Below, piece after piece: positions 57,005 through 64,000 of a stretch of DNA of 64,000 nt. The stretch is taken from contig CAVAGJ010000005.1 in NCBI GenBank assembly GCA_963588145.1, forward strand, positions 8,726-72,725. Direction: 5' to 3'. Origin of the DNA: Coriobacteriaceae bacterium (lineage in GTDB: Bacteria; Bacillota; Clostridia; Oscillospirales; Ruminococcaceae). The position numbers and the translations under genes are program-made. Numbering within the stretch: the stretch's first letter is position 1; every line of letters starts with the position of its first letter. The notes beneath the pieces were generated by a model. The model saw only the letters and a list, made by a program, of their open reading frames with translations. It searched no databases and was not told the DNA's origin.

Positions 57005-57318
57005 AAAAGCATTCCTCCAAAATATTTAAGCGGAGCTGATCTGGTTCCTCCAGCCGACCACTTTGTTAAATATATATTAACACACTTTTACAAAAAAGAA
57101 AAGCCTTTTTGTTAAAATTGCCGAAAAGACGAAAAAACCACTGTGTATTTAGATAAAATGTTAACAAAAAGAGAATTATCGACTAAAAATCGTAAGATAT
57201 TTAACTTTTTTCTCGTGTTTTGGGGGCCAAAAGCGAAACTTTCTTTCACTTCACTGTGTTAAAGCGAAAATTCCTTTAAACTATTTAGCAGGTTAACGGA
57301 ACCCCAGCGCCAGATGGG

Positions 57319-57347
57319 TTGCAACGTGGGGATGCGCTTATTATAAT
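57319..57347 (+). promoter_or_regulatory. sigma-A promoter of the aminotransferase gene
   Basis: TTGCAA-17 bp-TATAAT. Confidence 0.7.
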
Positions 57348-57384
57348 AGTAGGCATATATTTTGTTATGTGTTTTGTGTCTATC

Positions 57385-57437
57385 TGCAGGGGCGAACAGC
57401 GTTCGCCTGCGGGCTGATGCAAGCATCGATCCCTACA
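57385..57437. repeat. Inverted REP-like doublet in the predicted 5' UTR
   Basis: TGCAGGGGCGAACAGCGTTCGCCTG followed by CGGGCTGATGCAAGCATCGATCCCTACA. Confidence 0.72.
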
Positions 57438-57475
57438 AAGTGAAAGATTTTACACTATTTTAGAAAGGGAAAATT

Positions 57476-58630
57476 ATGCAGCCACTATCAAATCGCACCG
57501 CACATTTTACTGATTCGGTCATCCGGCGGATGACCCGTATATCCAACCAATACGGTGCAGTCAACCTGTCCCAGGGGTTCCCGGACTTTGACCCACCCCA
57601 GGCCATCTTAAATCGCCTGGCCGAGGTCTCTCACGAGGATTTCCACCAGTACTCCATCACCTGGGGTGCGCAGAACTTCCGCGAAGCGCTGGCCGAAAAG
57701 CAATCCCGCCTGATGGGCCGCGTGATCAACCCCAACAGCGAGATCGTGACTACCTGCGGCAGCACCGAAGCCATGATGGCCGCTATGATGACGGTAGCCA
57801 ACCCCGGCGACAAGGTCATTGTGTTCTCGCCTTTTTACGAGAATTATGGCGCTGACACGATCCTTTCCGGGGCCGAGCCAATTTATGTGCCGCTGCATCC
57901 GCCCACGTTTGATTTCAATGTGGATGAGCTGGAAGCCGCTTTCAAGCAGCATCCCAAGGCACTGATTTTGTGCAATCCGTCCAACCCCTGCGGCAAGGTG
58001 TTCACCCGCGCCGAGTTAGAGACCATCGCCGACCTAGCCAAAAAGTACGATGCCTACGTCATCACCGATGAAGTGTACGAGCACATCGTCTACGCACCCT
58101 ACACCCACACCTACTTTGCCAGCCTGCCCGACATGTGGGAGCGCACAATCTCCTGCTCGTCACTGTCTAAGACCTACTCCATCACCGGCTGGCGGCTGGG
58201 CTACACCATTGCCCCGGCCAAGATCACTGACCGCATCAAAAAAGTGCACGACTTTTTGACCGTAGGTGCCGCCGCGCCCCTGCAGGAGGCCGTCATCCCC
58301 GGCTTGCGCTTTACCCAGGAATATTACGATGAACTGTTAAAAACCTACACCCAAAAGCGAAACCTGTTTGTGCAGGGCCTGGATGCCATCGGGCTGGAGC
58401 ACACCACACCCCAGGGTGCGTACTACGTGCTGATGGACATCTCCCGCTACGGGTACAAGAGCGACCGGGAATTTTGCGAGATGCTGGCCCGGGATGTGGG
58501 CGTGGGTGCCGTGCCCGGCTCCAGCTTCTTCCGCGAGGATGTGAACCACCTGATTCGCTTCCACTTTGCCAAGAAAGACGAAACACTGAACGAGGCTTTG
58601 AACCGGCTGGAGAAGTTAAAGAAGTTGTAA
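57476..58630 (+). CDS. PLP-dependent aminotransferase class I/II
   Basis: NLSQGFPDF, NPSNPCG, TDEVY, SLSKTYSITGWRLG. Confidence 0.93.
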   Translation: MQPLSNRTAHFTDSVIRRMTRISNQYGAVNLSQGFPDFDPPQAILNRLAEVSHEDFHQYSITWGAQNFREALAEKQSRLMGRVINPNSEIVTTCGSTEAMMAAMMTVANPGDKVIVFSPFYENYGADTILSGAEPIYVPLHPPTFDFNVDELEAAFKQHPKALILCNPSNPCGKVFTRAELETIADLAKKYDAYVITDEVYEHIVYAPYTHTYFASLPDMWERTISCSSLSKTYSITGWRLGYTIAPAKITDRIKKVHDFLTVGAAAPLQEAVIPGLRFTQEYYDELLKTYTQKRNLFVQGLDAIGLEHTTPQGAYYVLMDISRYGYKSDREFCEMLARDVGVGAVPGSSFFREDVNHLIRFHFAKKDETLNEALNRLEKLKKL

Positions 58631-58705
58631 TACAATTGCGCATCCTGCCGAACTATGCTACAATAAGAACAATATTTCTGTGGCATAGGAAAGGATTTTT
58701 TTCGT

Positions 58706-59638
58706 ATGGGTATCGTAGTCATCGGTGCGGTATTTGTGGATATTAAAGGCTATCCGCTCTCCACTTACATCCCGGGCGGGCGCAACGCTGGCCGGGTCGA
58801 GCAGGTCCACGGCGGTGTCTGCCGCAATGTGGCCGAGGATATTGCCAATGTGGAACTGCGGCCGACCTTTGTCAGCCTGGTGGACGACACCGGCTCCGGC
58901 CAGGACGTTATCGACAAGCTGGCCAAGCACAAGGTCAATACCAAGTACATCGAGAAAGTGCCCGATGGCATGGGCACCTGGTTGGCCGTATTTGATAACG
59001 ACGGCGATGTCTGCGCCGCTATCTCCAAGCGACCGGACACTACCCCGCTAACCAAGCTGCTGGAAGAAAAAGGCGATGAGATCCTCGCCGACTGTGACGG
59101 CATTGCCTTTGAGCTGGACCTGGAAAAGGACACCGTCAAGCAGATTTTGCGCTACGCCAAAAAGCACAACAAAAAAGTCTACGCCGCCATCTCCAACATG
59201 AGCATCGCCATGGAGCGCCGCGCCTTTTTGCAGGAGATTGACTGCTTTGTCTGCAATCAGCAGGAGGCCGGGCTGCTTTTCTCGGACGAGTACGACCACA
59301 TGGCCCCCGAGGAAATGTGCCGCACATTGACAGCCAACGTACACAGCGCCAACATCCCCTGCATGGTGGTGACGATGGGCAGCGAGGGTGCCGTGTATGC
59401 ACGCTCCAACGGCGAAAGCGGCGTTGTGCCCGCCAAAAAGGTGGATGTCATCGACACCACCGGCGCGGGGGATGCTTTCTTCGCCGGTACGGTCATCGGT
59501 CTGACCTACGGCAAGACCCTGCCGGAATCCTGCGAGATTGGCAGCCGCCTGGCAGCCTCGGTCATCTGCACGGCCGAAAATGTCTGCCCCCGGTTTCGTC
59601 CGTTGGAATTCGGGCTGAACATCCCCGTAGTTGACTGA
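58706..59638 (+). CDS. PfkB-family kinase (pseudouridine kinase-like)
   Basis: GGVCRNVAE, NQQEA, TMGSEG, DTTGAGDAF. Confidence 0.87.
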   Translation: MGIVVIGAVFVDIKGYPLSTYIPGGRNAGRVEQVHGGVCRNVAEDIANVELRPTFVSLVDDTGSGQDVIDKLAKHKVNTKYIEKVPDGMGTWLAVFDNDGDVCAAISKRPDTTPLTKLLEEKGDEILADCDGIAFELDLEKDTVKQILRYAKKHNKKVYAAISNMSIAMERRAFLQEIDCFVCNQQEAGLLFSDEYDHMAPEEMCRTLTANVHSANIPCMVVTMGSEGAVYARSNGESGVVPAKKVDVIDTTGAGDAFFAGTVIGLTYGKTLPESCEIGSRLAASVICTAENVCPRFRPLEFGLNIPVVD

Positions 59639-59781
59639 TTTCTAAGGAAGTATAAGCAAAAGCACCGCTGTGTATGCAATTTACGGCCACACAGCGGTGT
59701 TTCAATAGATTTCGGCCCCAATTCATGCTTTCCCACAGTGCGGGTCGGGTAGGATAGAAGAAAAACGCAGGAGGAAACACC

Positions 59782-60948
59782 ATGAAACATTGGCTGAGCC
59801 GCACACCCCGCACAGTGGGGGACTGGCTGGGGCTGGCGCTGGGCGTGGCGCTGATTTTTGGCGGAGTGGCACAGCTGTCCACCCTGGCCGGGGCGCTGGA
59901 GCGGCTGGCCATGATGCTGCGGCCGTTTTTGTGGGGGCTGGTGCTGGCCTACGTGCTGGACATTCCCACTCGGTGGCTGGCGGCGAAATGGTTTGGCAGA
60001 CGGCGCGGAGCCGGGGTAGCGGTAAGCTACGCACTGCTGTTTGGTGCGGCGGGGTTGCTGCTGTGGCTGATTTTGCCGCAGTTGGCACAGAGTATGACCA
60101 CTTTTTTCGGCAAGCTGGCCGCTTACGAGAAAACACTGCGCCATCTGCTGGCCTGGGTACAGACCACCTTTGGCGTGGATACCGCCATGATGGACACGAT
60201 TTTGCAGCAGCTGACCACCCGCCTGCAAACTGAGTTTGCGATCTGGTCCGGCCGGGTTGCGCAAGCTGCGGCGAAAGCCGCCTCCAACACCGCCGGAGCG
60301 GCAGCGGATGCGGGCCTGGCGCTGGCTGCCAGCGTCTATTTGCTGCTGGACAAGGATAAGCTGCTGCACAGCGCCACGCTCTGCCTGCGGGCCGCACTGC
60401 CGCCCCGCACGATGGGGCAGCTGCTCTCAGTATTCCGGCTGGCGGACCGGACGTTCAGCGGGTACATCGGCGGGCAGCTGCTGGACGCTCTGCTGGTGGG
60501 GGCCGAAACCTTTGCCCTGATGCTGCTTTTGCGGTTGGACTATGCGCCGCTAATCGCCGTGGTGGTTGCCATGACCAATATCGTGCCGGTGCTGGGGCCT
60601 TTTTTGGGCGCAGTACCTGGGGCGCTGCTGTTGCTGCTGGAATCGCCGCTGCAGGCGGCAGAGTTTTTGATTATTATTGTGGCTGTGCAGCAGATCGATG
60701 GCAACTTTATCGCGCCGCGTATCCTGGGTGGGGCCACAGGGCTGTCCGGGCTGGGAGTTCTGCTAGCCATCGTGGTAGGCGGCGAGCTGTTCGGCATCCC
60801 CGGCATGGTGGCCGGTGTGCCCACGCTGGCCGTACTAGTGGCGTTGGCCCGGCAGGCGGTGAGTGCCGGGCTGACGGCCCGCGGCCTGCCCGAGGACCTG
60901 CCGTCTACCCCGCAGCCAAAAACCGGTTCAAAAAAGGCAAAAAATTAA
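59782..60948 (+). CDS. AI-2E family transporter
   Basis: PFLWGLVLAYVLD, NIVPVLGPFLG, QQIDGNFIAPRILG. Confidence 0.9.
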   Translation: MKHWLSRTPRTVGDWLGLALGVALIFGGVAQLSTLAGALERLAMMLRPFLWGLVLAYVLDIPTRWLAAKWFGRRRGAGVAVSYALLFGAAGLLLWLILPQLAQSMTTFFGKLAAYEKTLRHLLAWVQTTFGVDTAMMDTILQQLTTRLQTEFAIWSGRVAQAAAKAASNTAGAAADAGLALAASVYLLLDKDKLLHSATLCLRAALPPRTMGQLLSVFRLADRTFSGYIGGQLLDALLVGAETFALMLLLRLDYAPLIAVVVAMTNIVPVLGPFLGAVPGALLLLLESPLQAAEFLIIIVAVQQIDGNFIAPRILGGATGLSGLGVLLAIVVGGELFGIPGMVAGVPTLAVLVALARQAVSAGLTARGLPEDLPSTPQPKTGSKKAKN

Positions 60949-61032
60949 CAACTTGCCTCTTGCACCACGACCCACATGCAAGTACAATAAAGGGAATGAA
61001 CGTAAAGGCCATTTTGAGAGAGGCAAGGAATC

Positions 61033-62211
61033 GTGAGCGGAAAACATTTTATCGACAAAAAGCCGGAAAGCATTTTAGACTGGACGGCCATCGTATGCGC
61101 AGGCATTGCATTTTACCTGTTGCTGAATAATCTGGGCTATTTCCTGGGTGGTTTCAGCTCTTTGATGAAGATCTTGTCCCCGTTCTTCGGAGGCATCGTG
61201 ATCGCCTATATTTTAGACCCCCTGGTGCGTTTTTTCCACGCCAAGCTGCTGAAAAAATCCAAACGCTGGCGGTGGGTAGCCATTCTACTGGCCTACTTAG
61301 TGGCGGTGCTGTTGATCGTGCTTCTGGCCTGGCTGGTCATTCCGCAGATCATCAACAGCATTATGACGCTGTTCAATAATGTGCCGCAGTACATCAACGG
61401 CTTGCAAAGCGCGCTGCTTTTTATCCAGAACCGCTACGGTGTGGACCTGCAAAAGGCTATCCAGGCGTTGGATGATTCCGAAACCATGCTCAACGAGGTC
61501 TACAACCTGGGCATGAGTGCCCTGCCGCAGATCATGTCCACAATGGGCAACGTGGCGGGCAACTTCGTCAGCATCTTTACATCCATCGCGTCCAGCATCT
61601 ACATGCTGGCGGACAAGGACCACCTGCTGCACCAGCTGCGCACCGTGGCCCACGCGCTGCTGCCCCGCCGCGCAGCCGAGCACACGCTGCGCATCTGCCA
61701 CTATGCCAACGATAACTTCACCGGCTTTTTCATCGGCAAGATCATCGACTCTGCCATCATCGGTGTCATCACCTTTATCTGCATGACGGTGCTGCGGCTG
61801 GACTTTGCCGTGCTGATCAGCGTGTTCATCGGCATCACCAACATCATCCCGGTGTTCGGCCCGTTCATTGGTGCGGTGCCCAGCATCTTTATCCTGCTGC
61901 TGGTCAACCCCATTCAGGCGCTGATTTTCTGCATCCTGATTTTGATCATCCAGCAGTTTGACGGCAACTTTATCGGCCCAAAGATTTTGGGCCAGTCCAT
62001 CGGCATTTCGGCCTTGTGGGTGCTGTTCTCCATCGTTGTGGGCGGTGATCTTTTGGGCATTGCCGGCATGGTTATCGGTGTGCCGGTATTCGCCACCTTG
62101 TACGGCCTGGCGCAGGAGTTCATCCACGCTATGTTGGATCATCGCGGCATCGATGCCGAAGGCAACGCGGTTGCCGAGGAAGTTGCTGATGAAGAGAATG
62201 TGTTTGAGTAA
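61033..62211 (+). CDS. AI-2E family transporter
   Basis: GIVIAYILDP, GKIIDS, NIIPVFGPFIG, QQFDGNFIGPKILG. Confidence 0.92.
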   Translation: MSGKHFIDKKPESILDWTAIVCAGIAFYLLLNNLGYFLGGFSSLMKILSPFFGGIVIAYILDPLVRFFHAKLLKKSKRWRWVAILLAYLVAVLLIVLLAWLVIPQIINSIMTLFNNVPQYINGLQSALLFIQNRYGVDLQKAIQALDDSETMLNEVYNLGMSALPQIMSTMGNVAGNFVSIFTSIASSIYMLADKDHLLHQLRTVAHALLPRRAAEHTLRICHYANDNFTGFFIGKIIDSAIIGVITFICMTVLRLDFAVLISVFIGITNIIPVFGPFIGAVPSIFILLLVNPIQALIFCILILIIQQFDGNFIGPKILGQSIGISALWVLFSIVVGGDLLGIAGMVIGVPVFATLYGLAQEFIHAMLDHRGIDAEGNAVAEEVADEENVFE

Positions 62212-62232
62212 AACTTAAATATGGCCTTAACC

Positions 62233-62262
62233 GGCCCTGCCTACCTTGCGGCAGGGCCTTTT
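62233..62262 (+). terminator. Intrinsic terminator
   Basis: GGCCCTGCC...GGCAGGGCC followed by TTTT. Confidence 0.78.
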
Positions 62263-62269
62263 CTATTGG

Positions 62270-62650
62270 GTGGTCGCCACTATGCCTACTCTTTTGTAAC
62301 CAAAAAAGTTGCAGAAAAATCCCGCCACTTCCGAGGCACGGGGCACTGCCTAGGGGCTACCCGCCCCTAAGAACCCCAAGGGGGGGGGACAGAGCACAAA
62401 GCGCCTAAAAATGTATGTGTGACTACATTTTCTTAACGGCGCTTTGTACTCCTCCCACATTGCCTCCCTCCGGGGCCAAAAGCCCCACGGATGGGGTGTG
62501 ATTGCAACAAACAATAATATTGCAGTTCATGCAAGATGCTTCGGAGGGGCCAAGATCCTCCCTACACTACCACCGGCAAAGAGGATTTTGCCCCGGAGAG
62601 CACCGCAACACGCAACATAAAACACAAAACATAAAACACAAAATAAAAAA
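62270..62650. other. Structured non-coding intergenic element (multiple hairpins, REP-like end, heptamer tandem)
   Basis: GAGCACAAAGCGCC/GGCGCTTTGTACTC stem; GGAGGGGCCAAGATCCTCCCTACA; (A/C)AACA(C/T)A-type heptamers at 62606-62647. Confidence 0.5.
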
Positions 62651-62694
62651 AGCGCAACCTGCGGATACAGGTTACGCTTTAAGCGCAAAATAGC

Positions 62695-62862
62695 TTATTC
62701 AGCCTGGATAGCGCCGGTGGGGCAAACGCCCTCGCAAGCACCGCAATCAACGCAGGAAGCTGCATCGACCACAGCCTTGTCCTCCATGCTGATTGCACCA
62801 ACGGGGCAGGTGTCAACACATGCACCGCAAGCAACGCACTCGCTGGAAACGGTATGAGCCAT
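62695..62862 (-). CDS. 2[4Fe-4S] clostridial-type ferredoxin (55 aa)
   Basis: CVACGACVDTCP and CVDCGACEGVCP; AAGGAG RBS before ATG 62862. Confidence 0.93.
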   Translation of the reverse strand: MAHTVSSECVACGACVDTCPVGAISMEDKAVVDAASCVDCGACEGVCPTGAIQAE

Positions 62863-62970
62863 CGTGAACTCCTTATCTCCGTGCTGAATGGTATTGTACC
62901 ATACCGGCCCTGCACGGCTGCTCCCCGGTATGGCACACAGCGGGTTTGCTCTGCCTACTGCGTTATACAT

Positions 62971-62999
62971 ATTGTATCACATTGAAAAAAAATTAGCAA
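62971..62999 (-). promoter_or_regulatory. sigma-A promoter of the ferredoxin gene, with a possible Rex-like box over the -35
   Basis: Minus strand TTGCTA-17 bp-TACAAT; TTGCTAA-N4-TTTTCAA at 62982-62999. Confidence 0.55.
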
Positions 63000-63056
63000 G
63001 TGCCATATATTGAAATTTTTCGACGGTAAGTCGCAACTAACTGCATTTGTAGTCCC

Positions 63057-63896
63057 TTAATCGTCCTCTTTATCGGGGGTTCTGGGGGCACGTTTTCCGC
63101 CCCGCAGGTACACACATTCGTCCCGTTTATAGATGCGCGGTGCCAAGATTTCCACGTTGGATCGAACCTTCAGCGTACCCGCCACAACGTTCACCTCAAT
63201 GACCGTTCCCTCGCCGTCCGGCGTACGCACAATGCTGCCCACCTGCGGCGTGATGGAATTCAGATACTCGTAACTTTTTTGTTCATAAGCCAAACAGCAC
63301 ATTAAGCGTCCGCACGACCCACTGATCTTGGCGGGATTCAGGCTCAAGCCCTGCTCCTTGGCCATTTTGATGGACACAGGCTGGAAGCTTTTCAAAAAGC
63401 GGCTGCAGCAGAACGGCTGGCCGCACAGACCCAGGCCGCCCAGCATCTTGCTTTCATCGCGCACACCGATCTGACGCAGTTCAATGCGGGTGTGGAACTG
63501 GGAGGCCAGGTCCTTAACCAGCTCACGGAAATCCACGCGGTTGTCAGCGGTGAAGTAGAATACCAGTTTGCTGCGATCCAGCGTATATTCCGCATCCACC
63601 AGCTTCATTTTCAGGCCGTGGACGGCGATGCGCTGCTCGCAGAGGGTGTAGGCCTGCTGCACATCGGCGCGGTTCTGGCGCATGCGGCGAATGTCCACTG
63701 CATCAGCCACGCGGATGACCGGCTTGACCTCGCGGGAGAAGCCCGGCACCTCGTGGGAGGCACGCACGACCTCACCGCACTCGGTGCCGCGAGCCGTGGT
63801 AACGATGACGTAGTCGCCCTCTTTGATCTCGAAATCGCAGGGATCAAAGTAGTAGGAGCGGCCGTTTTCCTTGAATTTTACAGAAATCACTTTCAT
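63057..63896 (-). CDS. ricT: PSP1-domain protein RicT/YaaT (stage 0 sporulation family)
   Basis: YYFDP, FTADNRVDFRELVKDLA, RIELRQIGVRDE, GLCGQPFCC, ISGSCGRLMCCL. Confidence 0.92.
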   Translation of the reverse strand: MKVISVKFKENGRSYYFDPCDFEIKEGDYVIVTTARGTECGEVVRASHEVPGFSREVKPVIRVADAVDIRRMRQNRADVQQAYTLCEQRIAVHGLKMKLVDAEYTLDRSKLVFYFTADNRVDFRELVKDLASQFHTRIELRQIGVRDESKMLGGLGLCGQPFCCSRFLKSFQPVSIKMAKEQGLSLNPAKISGSCGRLMCCLAYEQKSYEYLNSITPQVGSIVRTPDGEGTVIEVNVVAGTLKVRSNVEILAPRIYKRDECVYLRGGKRAPRTPDKEDD

Positions 63897-63948
63897 GGGA
63901 AGTTCCTTTATCTATTTGTAAGGCAGATTTTGCCGTTGGTTCCTAATC

Positions 63949-64000
63949 TTAGCGGGCGGCCTCGGCGGCAAATACCGCTACTGCCAGGCGCAGATTGCCG
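63949..64000 (-). CDS. 3' end of an upstream CDS, possibly DNA polymerase III delta' (holB)
   Basis: Reads ...GNLRLAVAVFAAEAAR*. holB usually precedes yaaT in Firmicutes; the fragment is too short to confirm. Confidence 0.4.
   Translation of the reverse strand, partial: GNLRLAVAVFAAEAAR

Noticed and set aside
57063..57170. Rex boxes upstream of nagE (TTGTTAA...TTAACA) and at 15712-15730
   Set aside because: Half-site spacing is 7 and 5 bp rather than 4, in AT-rich DNA where such matches arise easily.
58706..59638. Firm psuK assignment
   Set aside because: It resembles pseudouridine kinases, but no psuG is nearby; left as PfkB family.

Overview
This is a GC-rich, gene-dense chromosomal segment of an anaerobic Firmicute. 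The gene content and promoter style suggest a gut Oscillospiraceae/Ruminococcaceae member such as Gemmiger or Subdoligranulum (inference). Housekeeping blocks: ECF transporter (ecfA1-ecfA2-ecfT), glmM, ruvC-ruvA-ruvB, tRNA-Val(GAC), citrate synthase/isocitrate dehydrogenase/aconitase-family hydratase, azlCD, hisB-glyA, nagE-nagB-nagA, ferredoxin and ricT/yaaT. Accessory-looking modules: (i) two GT-C-fold membrane proteins plus a sortase-anchored beta-helix protein beside the tRNA; (ii) a DJ-1 / MgsA-like / ricin-lectin / DEAD-helicase neighbourhood, in which the MgsA homolog has lost catalytic residues; (iii) a stand-alone DnaK paralog with altered substrate-binding loops; (iv) a LacI-controlled operon of permease, oxidoreductase and ImmA/IrrE-like HEXXH protein, with two in-phase operators; (v) a G3P-dehydrogenase-like three-gene module plus a thioredoxin reductase lacking the NADPH motifs; (vi) an acid-sugar catabolic cluster next to a GAFTGA-less, Walker-B-degenerate PrpR-like regulator whose coding sequence contains a near-consensus sigma-A promoter for the divergent neighbour. 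Two families of dispersed intergenic palindromic repeats are present. No integrase, transposase, prophage, CRISPR array or rRNA was seen. All calls come from motif recognition by eye; no database search was run.
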